Shown here: positions 40,911-54,050 of the stretch, in pieces | Numbering within the stretch: the first letter of the stretch is position 1 | How the letters are laid out: each line of letters begins with the position of its first letter | DNA from: Eledone cirrhosa | Taxonomy: Eukaryota | Reading direction: 5' to 3' | Assembly (NCBI GenBank): GCA_964016885.1 | Contig: OZ024760.1 | Location: 19,406,001-19,470,000, forward strand | DNA length: 64,000 nt | The notes under the pieces: generated by a model | The model's database searches: none | What the model was told of the DNA's origin: nothing | The model's input: only the letters and a program-made list of their open reading frames with translations | Position numbers and translations under genes: made by a program

Positions 40911-42267
40911 TGTTTAAACGGACCTTCAGTTTCTGTCAACCAAATTTCATTCGCAAATCTTCCGGGGGACCGATGTTATTATAGAAAGCACTTCTTTTTA
41001 ACTATTTCTCATAGAGAGAGATAGAGAGAGGGAAGCAATACTCATGGCCTTCTATCTTCTCTCTCCTTTAGTATGAATAACACAATCAATTCGCTTATAT
41101 TAATTGTTCCATTATCTTTGAGTTCAAATCCTGTCCAGATCAACATAACCTTTATATATTTCTGCGGTCAATAAAATTACTTCCCGTGAACCTCTGGGTT
41201 CACTATACCAATCCCCTCCACATCCCCCACACCCCACAGAGTAAATTGCAGCGTTATGCTTGTTTTAGGAATAACTAATTATATCATTATCTAATTACAT
41301 AGCCCAGTTAGTCTCAACTATGTCAATAATAATAATAGAATTTACATTTATATCAAACAGATTTGTTTTCCCTGTTCAAGTCATTTTCTATTAATACCAG
41401 TTGTAGTCATTCTTCATGTGGCTTTTTGCATTGCTCTTCTGTCTATTATTTCAACCCGGGGCCTTATTAATCCACGGCCGGGTCACTAGAGTTTCAGGAT
41501 CTATCTGAATTTCTAGCTTTATCGTTTTCTCTTCTACAGCAAAACTAGAAAAGTAATAGATGTAAAATTGAGGGGCTCCTTAGTTCTTGAGGGTGAGTCC
41601 ACTAGTCCTTGCAGTTTCTCTCGTCCTTTAAGGGTTCTTCTGCACTTGAATATTTCACCTTGCCCCAGCATGGCCTCAACCGGATGGCTGGATCAGGTAA
41701 AAGAGTAATATATATATATATAGTGGATCCTCTAGTCGTTGCGAATCCTCTAGTCCTTTCGGAGCCCTTTGTCCTTGCGGGAATCCTATTCCTTGTGAAG
41801 CCCTTAGTTCTTTGTGGGACCCCGAATCGTTGCGGTTCCGCTATTCTTTGCGGAGTTGGTTGGCCTTGTGCATAAATTCGAAACCATTGTTAAAAAAAAA
41901 CGAAGTTCAAATCCTGCCGAGGTCAACTTTACCTTTCCTTCCAGAGTCTATAAAATAAAGTACCAGTAATGTACTGTGTCGATGTAAACGCCTCCCTCCT
42001 TTTCCGCCATAAATTATTGTCTTTGTCACTAAATTGGAGCTCAACTTTGCCTTTATTACTTCCAGGGTCGATAAAATAAAGTACCAGTTATATACTGGTT
42101 CGATGTAATCGCCTCCCTCCTTTTCCGCCATAAATTATTGGCCTTGTGACTAAATTAGAATTGATTGTTATCAGAAAAGAGGTACAAACGACTGGAAAGA
42201 CGTAAACTTTTATAACACGTTGTCGACATTGTTAACAATAATATATCTAATGTCGTCTGTCATCGAC

Positions 42268-42695
42268 GTAAGTCCATTAGACTAACTTAAGTCCATTAGA
42301 CTAACTTAAGAGATGTAAGTCCATTAGACTAACTTAAGAGATGTAAGTCCATTAGACTAACTGAAGAGATGTAAGTCCATTAAACTAACTGAAGAGATGT
42401 AAGTCCATTAAACTAACTGAAGAGATGTAAGTCCATTAAACTAACTGAAGAGATGTAAGTCCATTAAACTAACTGAAGAGATGTAAGTCCATTAAACTAA
42501 CTGAAGAGATGTAAGTCCATTAAACTAACTGAAGAGATGTAAGTCCATTAAACTAACTGAAGAGATGTAAGTCCATTAAACTAACTGAAGAGATGTAAGT
42601 CCATTAAACTAACTGAAGAGATGTAAGTCCATTAAACTAACTGAAGAGATGTAAGTCCATTAAACTAACTGAAGAGATGTAAGTCCATTAGACTT
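42268..42695. repeat. 28-bp minisatellite, ~14 copies
   Basis: GTAAGTCCATTAAACTAACTGAAGAGAT tandem. Confidence 0.97.
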
Positions 42696-42770
42696 AATAG
42701 ACCTATATTCTGAGTTCCACACTTTATCACTGGGGCAGTAAAACATTGTTATTGTTTATCCACCCCCTAG

Positions 42771-42805
<35 letters not shown>

Positions 42806-42961
42806 TTCACTGTTTCTCTTCTTCTCTCTGGATCTCTTTCTTACACCCGTACACGCTCTCTCACTTTCTCTCTCTCTCACACACACACTCATTCTCACAC
42901 ACACACACGTCTGTAATACCTCATTCGTTCTCATTCTCATTTTTAGAAACCATTATTACAT

Positions 42962-43394
42962 GTTGACTTTGCCTTTCATCCTTACGGGGTCGATAAAATA
43001 AAGTACCAGTAATGCACTGGCAAATTGCTGGCCTTGTGCCAAAAAGTAGAAATAATTATTACATTGGCAGTATCGGTAGAGAGTCGGACGCCATGCTTTG
43101 CAGCAAAGAGTTACGGCCCTTTATAATGTGAGTTCAAATCCCGCCGAGGTTGACTTTGCCTTTCATCCTTACGGGGTCAATAAAATAAAGTACCAGTAAT
43201 GCACTGGGTAATTGCTGGCCTTGTGTCAAATATACACATACATATATAATATGTATATGTAATAATTATTTCTACTTTTGGCACAAGGCCGGCAAATACC
43301 CAATACATTACTGGTACTAAAATAAAGTACCAGTAATGTACTGGGTCATTTCTGGCTTTGTGCCAAAAGTATAAACACTTATTACATATATATA

Positions 43395-43479
<85 letters not shown>

Positions 43480-43480
43480 G

Positions 43481-43517
<37 letters not shown>

Positions 43518-43524
43518 ATGTATG

Positions 43525-43578
<54 letters not shown>

Positions 43579-44715
43579 GTATGTATGTGTATATATATAT
43601 AAGAGAAATCCTTTCTCTCTCTCTCTCGCTCAATTCGTTACTCTGTCGTCAGCACCACCACCACTACCAGCACCACCACCACCACCAGCACCACCACCAC
43701 CACCACTACCACCACCACCACCAGCACCACCACCACTACCACCACCAGCACCACCTCTACCCCTCTACCACCACCACCACCACCACCACCACCACCTCTA
43801 CTACCACCACCACCTCTACTACCACCACCACCTCTACCACCATTCCAGTCTTCAGACTGTTTTTTATTCTGCTATTCTACTGTATACAGTTACTGTTATG
43901 TAATATTCAGCCACCGAGGAATGTCAAACGTGGCTATCACAAAAAACAGTTTTTTTTTTTTTTGTTTTGGTTTAGTTTGTTTTGACGGGAAAGGAGGGGC
44001 TGTATGTTTTTTTCTGCTAACAAAAGCACTTTCAGGAACTTACAGCCAAATCAGCAAAGAATTTTATTAGCGAACAGAATTGTACAATGATTTTTTAGCT
44101 GTTGTACAAGGCCATCAGTTTGTAGGGAGAGGAAAGTGAGTTATATCGACCCCAGCACAATTTATTTATTTTATTGACCCCGGTTGAATGAAAACAAAGT
44201 TAACCTTGGCGGGATTTGAATTCAGAACGTAAAGGGACCTAACTGAATGCCGCAAAGAGTTATGTCCGACGCTCTAACGATTCTGTAATAATGGTTTCTG
44301 ATTTAGGCACAAGGCCAACAAGTTTAGGGGAGAGGAAAGTCGATTAAATCGACTCCAGTGTATTACTGGTACTTTATTTTATCGACCCTATAAAAATAAA
44401 AGGCAAAATTAACCTCAGCGGGATTTGAACTCAGAACGCAAAAGGCCGTAACTCTATGCTGCAAAGCATGGTGTCAAACGTTCTACCGATACTGCCTTTG
44501 ATTTAAGCACAAGGCCAGCAATTTTGGGGTAAGGTAAAGTCGATTAAATCCACCCTAGTGCGTTACTGGTATTTTATTTTATCGACCCTGTAAGGATGAA
44601 AGGCAAAGTTAACTTCGGTGGGATTTGAATTCAGAACTCGGAACTCAAAGGGCCATAACTCTAAGCTGCGAAGCATGTTGTCCGACCCTCTACCGAAGCT
44701 GCCAATCCACCACCT
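42962..44715. mobile_element. SINE family 1 clusters (42962-43380; three minus-strand copies head-to-tail 44105-44715) flanking (TA)n and (CAC)n
   Basis: Repeated consensus blocks. Confidence 0.85.
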
Positions 44716-45194
44716 TAAATTATACAATAATGAAAGTATATTTTGTGAAATAGAAAAATATAATAAACAGGAAGAGACAAAGGGATGGAAAAGGGTGACG
44801 ACAGAAAAACAAATAGTAATAAAAAATTGGGGAAGCTGGAAGGGATAAAGTAAAACTTAGGTTTTTGACTGGGCGGTATATCTCAGCCAGTGAAACCCAC
44901 TGATTTAACAGTAAAATATTAATTAATCTTTATAATAATCTTTCTCTATCTTGGGAGAACGAGAAATTAAGATATCGTTCACATTCTTCAAGCTTAACTC
45001 ACAGTCTGGAGATACAAAACTCAATGGAATGGAATGCTCTTCTGTCATTTTCGACAACTACCATCTTTGAAAATGGCAGGGAATTCTGCAAATACGTGTA
45101 GTTTTAATGCAATCATCACTGGGAGTCAGCAAAACGAGTTACAGGCAGAAACCATATTTTTCTGAATTTTAACGATTCTGTCTTACATACATAA

Positions 45195-45242
<48 letters not shown>

Positions 45243-45273
45243 TAGAGAGAGAGAGAGAAATACACACACACAC

Positions 45274-45304
<31 letters not shown>

Positions 45305-45423
45305 TAAATACACATAAATACACACATATATATATATATATATATAGATCGGGAGCTTCCAACTGAAATGGTCGCATTCTCTAAGGGTATGTCAATATTT
45401 ATTTATAAAACTGATCTATATTA

Positions 45424-45488
45424 TATTTTATCTGATGAAAGCGCACCATAATTTAACTTGGTGTCCTTGAAATATGTATAATGAAATA
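45424..45488 (+). ncRNA. Type I hammerhead ribozyme (family C); degenerate CUGAUAA hammerhead adjacent at 45555-45629
   Basis: UAUUUUAU CUGAUGA AAGCGCACCA..UGGUGUCCUU GAAAU AUGU AUA AUGAAAUA. Confidence 0.8.
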
Positions 45489-45656
45489 AATATGGTTTTA
45501 TAAATATAGTTTCCATTTGTTAATATATCGTATATATATATATATATATACATATATTCCTTCTGATAAACGGATTCGGACGCTTCTGTTAGAATCGTCT
45601 AACTTCGTGAAACCTTGGGTAATGGAATAATTATATTGTATTGTTTATTACATAAT

Positions 45657-45698
<42 letters not shown>

Positions 45699-45709
45699 TA
45701 TGTTACACA

Positions 45710-45759
<50 letters not shown>

Positions 45760-46436
45760 CGAAGGAAATGTGGTAAAGAACCAGATGCACCATAACGCAC
45801 CAAAGTACGCAATACTTAGGGTAGTAAATGTATTTTAGTCCAGAATTAGCCGTCGAAACGGCTTGAGCTCTGCCGTCGGGGTCATACTTGTTCCTATTAC
45901 CCACTCTACTACCCTAAGTATTGAGTACTTTGGTGCGTTATAGTCCATCTGGTTCCTTACCACATTTCCTTCGTTATATATATATATATATATATATATA
46001 ATGTGTGTGTGTGTGTGTGTGTGTGTGTGAGAATGTTTATATGTGTATGAGAATGTTTATATGTATATGTATGTGTGTGTGTGTGTGCGTGTTTGTGTGA
46101 GCGTTTATATATATTATATATATATGTGTGTAGATATATATATATATAATGACAAGAATTTAAGTAGATACTATCTGTACAAAAATACTTTGTACATCAA
46201 AGATAGACTGAGATGAAAAAAGGAACTTAAAATATTTAGAGTTGATCAAATTAACACCACACTCACTGATAAAATATCTACAGGTTTGGAATCACATTCA
46301 TGATAAAAGTTTTATTCGTTCTAACCAACTTGCTGACCGAGTATTTCTAAATATTTAGATTGGTGAAGTTCTGTAAATATTGCGACTACTTTTTATATAT
46401 CAACGATATCAGGAGCGGTGGGAGTGTGTGGGGGGG

Positions 46437-46486
<50 letters not shown>

Positions 46487-46589
46487 ATGTGTGTGTGTGC
46501 GCGTGTGTGTGTATGTGTGTGTGTGTGTATGTAGAACGAAGACCCGGAAGACGACAAATCAAAGTACTATATATAAAACTTCTAATAGT

Positions 46590-46779
46590 AATTGTTTCTA
46601 CTTTAGGCACAAGGCCAGCAATTACCCAGTGCATTACTGGTACTTTATTTTATCGACCCCGTAAGGATGAAAGGCAAAGTCAAGCTCGGCGGGATTTGAA
46701 CTCACAATGGCAAGGGACGTAACTCTATGCTTCAAAGCATGGCGTCCGACCCTCTACCGATACTGCCAATCCACCGCCC
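46590..46779 (-). mobile_element. SINE family 1, full length
   Basis: TSD TAAAACTTCTAATA. Confidence 0.92.
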
Positions 46780-46847
46780 TAATACTAAAACTTCTAATAA
46801 TAATAAAAATAAAAATTAGGTGGAGATGCTTCTACCGCCCTTTTGCT

Positions 46848-47253
46848 AAGCCGGTGACGGTTCAAGCCGGTGTCGGTTCAAGTTAGTGTCGGTTCAAGTT
46901 AGTGTCGGTTCAAGTTAGTGTCGGTTCAAGCCGGTGTTGGTTCAAGCCGGTGTCGGTTCAAATTGGAGTAGGTTCAAGTTCGTGTCGGTTCAAGTTCGTG
47001 TCGGTTCAAGTTCGTGTCGGTTCAAGTTCGTGTCGGTTCAAGCCGGTGTCGGTTCAAGCCGGTGTCGGTTCAAGTTAGTGTCGGTTCAAGCCGGTGTTGG
47101 TTCAAGTTAGTGTTGGTTCAAGCCGGTGTCGGTTCAAGTTGGAGTAGGTTTAAGTTGGTGTCGGGTTCAAGCTGGTGTCGGCTCAAGCTGGAGTAGGTTC
47201 AAACCGATGTCGGTTCAAACCGGTGTCGGTTCAAACCGGTGTCAGTTCAAGCT
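46848..47253. repeat. 16-bp minisatellite, ~25 copies
   Basis: GGTTCAAGCCGGTGTC / GGTTCAAGTTAGTGTC variants. Confidence 0.95.
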
Positions 47254-47337
47254 GATTTTCTGTTGGCTTTAACAAGTGGTGCAGCTCATTGCTGACAAAG
47301 GAGCTTTGCCTAGGATACATGAGTCCCTTCCAAGTCA

Positions 47338-47720
47338 CACTGAATCTCCCTGAGTATTACGATTAGAGTACACGTGTCTGTGGAATATTCAGCCATTTAT
47401 ACAACAATACAAGATGGGTTATACCTGTAATTCATAAGGGAGGCTTAGTCATAAGCTGTCGCACTGAATCTCCCTGAGTATTACGATTAGAGTACACGTG
47501 TCTGTGGAATATTCAGCCATTTATACAACAATACAAGATGGGTTATACCTGTAATTCATAAGGGAGGCTTAGTCATAAGCTGTCGCACTGAATCTCCCTG
47601 AGTATTATATTAAGAGAACACATGTCTGTGGAATGCTCAGACACTTGCATGTTAATTTTATGAGTAGGTTGTTTCGTTGATTGAACAACGGGGTTAATTA
47701 TCGTCGAAATCGACGAAGGA
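47338..47720 (+). repeat. 124-bp tandem duplication within a probable SINE remnant
   Basis: CACTGAATCTCCCTGAGTATTA starts at 47338, 47462, 47586. Confidence 0.8.
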
Positions 47721-48072
47721 TCCTTCATCAAACTATGAATTTTAACGAGTGGTGTAAGTAATTAAACACACACACACACACATATATACACAAACATATA
47801 TATACATATTTATATATATACACACACTCACACATATATATATATACACACACACACTCATACACATATATATATATATACACACACACTCACACATATA
47901 TATATAAATATATATATACACACACACACTCACACACATATATATATATACACACACACTCACACATATATATATAAATATATATATACACACACACACT
48001 CACACATATATATATACACACACACACTCACACATATATATAGATAGATAGATACAAATATATGTGTGTCTG

Positions 48073-48113
<41 letters not shown>

Positions 48114-48624
48114 CGGAATTGGTGACTCCCTCTTACGGAATATACCGAACGTGGAGAGAAAATTGTCAACAGAGAGAAATAATATGATTTATCATATCCG
48201 GTGTGAATCATAAATAAATACAAGTTAGATGTTACATCTACAATGTACTTAATAACTTTACTCCAGAAAATGTTTATTTTTATTTTGTTTTTAAATTGCT
48301 TTGTCGAGGGTGGGTTGCGACGAGGAAGCAGCAGTACTCCTGACCTCCTTTTGAAGGCTTCCGATACTGATGGCAACAAAAGGAATGTCTGTCATTGAAA
48401 TGCTGATGTATGTCTGCCTGGAGCTGAAACTTTTTTGGTGAAGCTGTAAATGACACCACAGTGACATGCAGAGCGTCTTGGTTATTTTTTGTTTTAAAAC
48501 CATCTTCCTTCAAGGTTTAAACTCAGCCGATTTCTTCCAGATAATTAGACAGAGAGGGGAGGGAAAGACGAAGTAAAAAAAAAGAGCTATAGACAAGTAC
48601 ACGACCCTTTTTCTTCTTTGCCTA

Positions 48625-48830
48625 CTTATTTCTGCGAGGGTCGTAGAGGGCAGAGTCCTCAAACGTTCTTTCCAGTGGGTCCTGTCAGAAGCAACGGTAT
48701 CTAACTGATCCGGCTGGATTTTCCTAAGCATGACCAGCCAAGCTTATGGATGTTATCTAACTATCTTGCTCTCGGAGCCTACCCCTGGGTCTCCCGTCGT
48801 TTGGTTTCGCTGGTAAAATTTGTCCAGCGA
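48625..48830 (-). mobile_element. Degenerate RTE-like LINE 3' end (second copy 61960-62120 +)
   Basis: LDNIHKL.WSC...IQPDQLDTVASDRTHW..RLRTLP shared by both copies. Confidence 0.65.
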
Positions 48831-48893
48831 TTCTTTCTAAGACATTCTCCAGACTAACACGATTCACATTTTAGCCAATATAAATTTTATATA

Positions 48894-48945
<52 letters not shown>

Positions 48946-49036
48946 GGGTGTCCCCAGAATGTATACACACTTCAACAAAATTCTAATAGATATGTGTATC
49001 CACATTTTTGGTACACCCTGTATGTGTGTGTGTACG

Positions 49037-49075
<39 letters not shown>

Positions 49076-49077
49076 AC

Positions 49078-49139
<62 letters not shown>

Positions 49140-49243
49140 ATATATATATATATACATATATATGTGTGTGTGTGTATATATATACATATATATATATGTG
49201 TGTGTATATATATATATACATATATATATGTGTGTGTGTATAC

Positions 49244-49279
<36 letters not shown>

Positions 49280-49283
49280 ATAC

Positions 49284-49315
<32 letters not shown>

Positions 49316-49331
49316 ATGTGTGTGTGTGTGT

Positions 49332-49374
<43 letters not shown>

Positions 49375-49375
49375 C

Positions 49376-49412
<37 letters not shown>

Positions 49413-49413
49413 C

Positions 49414-49543
<130 letters not shown>

Positions 49544-49888
49544 AGTGTATATATATTATAATGTGTGTTAAGTATTTCCGTAGAAAAGGTAAAGGAAAGA
49601 AGTGTGCTTTATGTATTATTATGTAATTAAATAATTGTTTTTACATTTGGCACAAGGCCAGCAATAACCCAGCTCATTACTGGTACTTAATTTTATCGAC
49701 CCCGTAAGGATGAAAGGTAAAGTTAACCTCAGCAGGATTTGAACTCGGGTTGCAAATACCTTAACACTTCACACAAAGTAAAACATTTCGTTTTAATCAT
49801 TTTCTAACCCAGAAAAAAGAGAGTAAAAAAAAAAGGAAAAAAAATTTTTTTTTTTTTCCCCCATAATCGTCTCTTTCTCTCTATTTTC

Positions 49889-49959
<71 letters not shown>

Positions 49960-50092
49960 TAACAGATTAAAGTTTAAGCAAAGAATCGCTGCTTTCACCC
50001 TTAACGGGATCTTCTGAAACTGACAAGGATTTTAGTCTTCAAATTTATTATTATTACTATATATATATATATATAGTTATGTATATATATAT

Positions 50093-50370
50093 ATAGTTAT
50101 GTAATAAACAACATAAGGCAATTATTCCATTTACCAGTGGTTTCTTAAAAGCAAAAAGTTTTGCTTTCAATCCTCAGAATGAAAAAAATCCTGGTCACCA
50201 GGATTTTTTCATTCTGAGGATTGAAAGCAAAATTTTTTGCTTTTAAGAAACCACTGGTAAATGGAATAATTGCTTTATGTTGTTTATTACATAACTATTA
50301 AGCTCTGTTACCTACATAGAGCACTCTTTTTTCCTGGACTTTTCCGACGGAATTACTTCATTTATTCACA
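50093..50370. mobile_element. Fold-back HHR element family E (HHR 50207-50266 +, mirror 50125-50184 -)
   Basis: UUUCAUU CUGAGGA UUGAAAGCAAAA..UUUGCUUUUAA GAAAC CACUG GUA AAUGGAA; ~100-bp inverted arms centred on CTGGTCACCAG. Confidence 0.85.
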
Positions 50371-50857
50371 CATATATACATATATATATATACGTTATTC
50401 CGGGTTGAATCGGAGGTAACCACAGTAAGTAAGGTACTCAATACATAGCAGAGTATAAAAGTTTTAATATAGATGAGATTCTACAGGACTAGAACTGTTT
50501 CATTCATTAGAAATTATCAGGAATCAGATTCCTGATGATTTCTAATGAATGAAACAGTTCTAGTCCTGTAGAATCTCATCTATATTAAATATATATATAT
50601 ATATATATATATATTTGTAGTTTTTCAAAATTGAAGGATGAGTATTTAAGCTTTATTTTATTCTGAGTTAAGGCTCTATTGATTTTTCCCTGGATTTCAC
50701 AAAATTCTATGGATTAATCTATATCTTGATTTTTTTTTAATTGAGTTTGAATTATTTTCCCACATCTTACGTTAACTATTTTTCCATTTTGACGTGAAAG
50801 TCACTTATATATTATGAAATACTGTTGGCTTCACGCTCACAACAATTTCCATACTTT

Positions 50858-50884
<27 letters not shown>

Positions 50885-50889
<5 letters not shown>

Positions 50890-51080
50890 TAACGAAAGGG
50901 TGTTAGAGAGAGAACGAAAGAGTGTTAGTGAGAGAACGAAAGAGTGTTAGAGAGAGAACGAAAGAGTGTTAGAGAGAGAACGAAAGAGTGTTAGTGAGAG
51001 AACGAAAGAGTGTTAGTGAGAGAACGAAAGAATGTTAGAGAGAGAACGAAAGAGTGTTAGTGAGAGAACGAAAGAGTGTT
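50885..51080. repeat. 22-bp minisatellite, ~9 copies
   Basis: AGAGAGAACGAAAGAGTGTTAG. Confidence 0.95.
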
Positions 51081-51371
51081 AAAGAAAGACAGGGTTCGTG
51101 TGAGTCTGAGACTACACTTTCACGCAGGCGCATTAATGAATTAAAGCGTCATTTGCAAACAAGATGAAGAAAACTTCGCACCAAGATGGTGGTAACATTG
51201 CCTTTATTATATCTTATAACTATTATTAGTTATATATAATTATTATTAGTTTTAAATAACCTTCCCTACGTTAGTTTACGTATATATTATTATTAATATT
51301 GATATCAGTTATACATACATACATATATATCTATGATATTAATAAATGGAAACTATTTATAAAACCATATT

Positions 51372-51432
51372 TATTCTATTATATATATTTCAAGGGTACC
51401 AAAACTTTGGTACGCTCTCATCAGATAAAATA
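51372..51432 (-). ncRNA. Type I hammerhead ribozyme (family C)
   Basis: UAUUUUAU CUGAUGA GAGCGUACCAAA GU UUUGGUACCCUU GAAAU AUAU AUA AUAGAAUA. Confidence 0.82.
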
Positions 51433-51615
51433 CAAAGTTTGTTTTATAAATAGTGACATATCCAGGAATCAGCCCTTAATGGTTCAGGTTCCGTCTGAAT
51501 TACCAACAAATTAAATATCCCTTTGTTTATATATATAGTAATAATAATAAATGTGAAGACTAAAATCCAAAGAGGGCTCGATAAGGATAAATATATATCA
51601 AATATATAAGAACCC

Positions 51616-51647
<32 letters not shown>

Positions 51648-52076
51648 ATGAAATTATTGTGTACAGTGCTCAGGGGCACTACAACTCATCAAAGGTGCAG
51701 GTATAGTACATACAATAATGTTCAAATGTCAGGAAAATGAACAGTGTATATATATATACACACTCACCTTGTTAGTTTATAACATGGTGGTGACAAAGTA
51801 CTTTATTTTTAGATTTCATTATTTATTATATCCCGCCGAGGTTGACTTTGCCTTTCATCCTTACGGGGTCGATAAAATAAAGTACCAGTAATGCACTGGG
51901 TATTTGCTGGCCTTGTGCCTAAAGTAGAAACAATTATTTATTGTATTAACTGTAAATTCCATCGTTCATTTCGATATAACTTTATTATTTTTATAATGAA
52001 AATAATTATAAAAATTGGTAACTTCTGGAAGGTTCCAGAATGAAAATGACGTTGTGAATATTGAGATCAACAGGGT

Positions 52077-52122
<46 letters not shown>

Positions 52123-52282
52123 GGAGGTGAGTTTTATTGTAGTACAATAAAGCAATGCAGATATCGGATAAGAAGCACTCTACAGTTTGTAGGACTGGAG
52201 TATACATAATATAAGATCAAAAGATGTTGATTTAAAACTGCACTATCCACAAGTGTTTTTTAGCCTTCATATCATGTTCTCC

Positions 52283-52353
52283 TGTTTTATCTGATGAAAA
52301 CACAAATATTATTGCATGATGATGTTTGTTTTTGAAATGCGCATAATAAAATA
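52283..52353 (+). ncRNA. Type I hammerhead ribozyme (family B; also 56393-56463 -)
   Basis: UGUUUUAU CUGAUGA..stem II..GAAAU GCGC AUA AUAAAAUA. Confidence 0.88.
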
Positions 52354-52382
52354 CATGAACTCCTTTAACCATCTTTTGATCT

Positions 52383-52428
<46 letters not shown>

Positions 52429-52640
52429 TGAGAAAAACCACAGACACTCCATCTCAACTCTACTTTTGAAAAGCAGAAGAACTGCGAAACCGGTAAAGGA
52501 ACCAAATAAATATATATATATTTTTTTAAATAAGACTCCATTTGCATTTTCGATTTCATCTTTTTTTCTTTATACTTTCACTCGTGTAGGACACCTCGGT
52601 TATTTTTCATTTTGTAAACAAAACCTCACGTATATATATA

Positions 52641-53392
52641 TACGATATTAATAAATGGAAACTATATTTATAAAACCATATTTATTTCATTATATATATT
52701 TCAAGGATACCAAATTAAATTATGGTATGCCTTCATCAGACAAAATACAATATATAACAGTTTTACAAATAAGCTTTGACGTACCCTTTGTCGCATTTTA
52801 AAAGGGTACGTCAAAGCTTATTTGTAAAACTGTTATATATTGTATTTTGTCTGATGAAGGCATACCATAATTTAATTTGGTATCCTTGAAATATATATGA
52901 AATAAATATGGTTTTATAAATATAGTTTCCATTTATTAATATCGTATATATATATATACCCGTTTAAAATGCGACAAAGGGTACGTCAAAGCTTATTTGT
53001 AAAACTGTTATATATTGTATTTTGTCTGATGAAGGCATACCATAATTTAATTTGGTATCCTTGAAATATATATAATGAAATAAATATGGTTTTATAAATA
53101 AAGTTTCCATTTATTAATATCGTATATATATATATACCCTTTTAAAATGCGACAAAGGGTACGTCAAAGCTTATTTGTAAAACTGTTATATATTGTATTT
53201 TGTCTGATGAAGGCATACCATAATTTAATTTGGTATCCCTGAAATATGTATAATGAAATAAATATGGTTTTATAAATATAGTTTCCATTTATTAATATCG
53301 TATATCTACTCCAAATACTTGTCGAGTGCTTTATATCAGTTATAAAAATATTTACTTGTTGTATCCCAACAATTTAAATAGAACTTTTGCAT
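52641..53392 (+). mobile_element. Retrozyme/pLTR-like array: one inverted plus three tandem ~178-bp units each carrying an HHR, then unique tail
   Basis: CTGATGA at 52851, 53026, 53204 (+) and 52733-52739 (-); units separated by short (TA)n. Confidence 0.88.
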
Positions 53393-53449
53393 ATATATAT
53401 ATATATTAATTCAAATATTAACAAAATAGATATTCTTGTGATCAATTAA

Positions 53450-53516
53450 ATTTTATTATACATATTTCAGAGGTACTTGAATCAAGTTCAACAGTCCGTC
53501 CTCATCAGATAAAATA
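53450..53516 (-). ncRNA. Type I hammerhead ribozyme (weak stem II)
   Basis: AUUUUAU CUGAUGA GGACGG..CCUCU GAAAU AUGU AUA AUAAAAU. Confidence 0.65.
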
Positions 53517-53863
53517 AAATGATACATGACATACCCTGACATGTTAGATGGTTAAGATTTAATACATATATATATATATATACACAACATACACACTTAA
53601 ACAGCATTCTAATAAATATTGCCTGTACAGGTAATCAAAGTGTGTATACATATTTTGGGACACTACAAATACAGGGTGTCTCAAAAATGTATACATACTT
53701 TACCTGAACAGGCAATATTTATTAGAATGCTGTTGAAGTATGTATACATTTTGGGGGACACCTAGTATATAATATATATGACAAATCTATGTACCATACA
53801 TGCACCTTTGATGAGTTGTAGTGCGCCTGAGCACTGTAAACAATAATTTCATTATTATATTGT

Positions 53864-54050
53864 GCGGTGGATTGGCTGTATCGGTAAGGGTCGGACGCCA
53901 TGCTTTGAAGCATAGAGTTACCTCCCTTTATGATCTGAGTTCAAATCCCGCCGAGGTTAACTTTGCCGTTCATCCTTACGGGGTCGATAAAATAAAGTAC
54001 CAGTAATGCACTGGGATAATTGCTGGCCTTGTGCCAAAAGTAGAAACGAT
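53864..54050 (+). mobile_element. SINE family 1, full length
   Basis: TSD TTATATTGTGCG. Confidence 0.92.

Noticed and set aside
42268-42695. 28-bp repeat as CRISPR or hammerhead array (contains CTGAAGA)
   Set aside because: No spacers, no GAAA or stems; eukaryotic context with no cas genes
46848-47253. GGTTCAAG repeats as a Pol III B-box array
   Set aside because: Only a partial motif match within a simple minisatellite; no A boxes or other support
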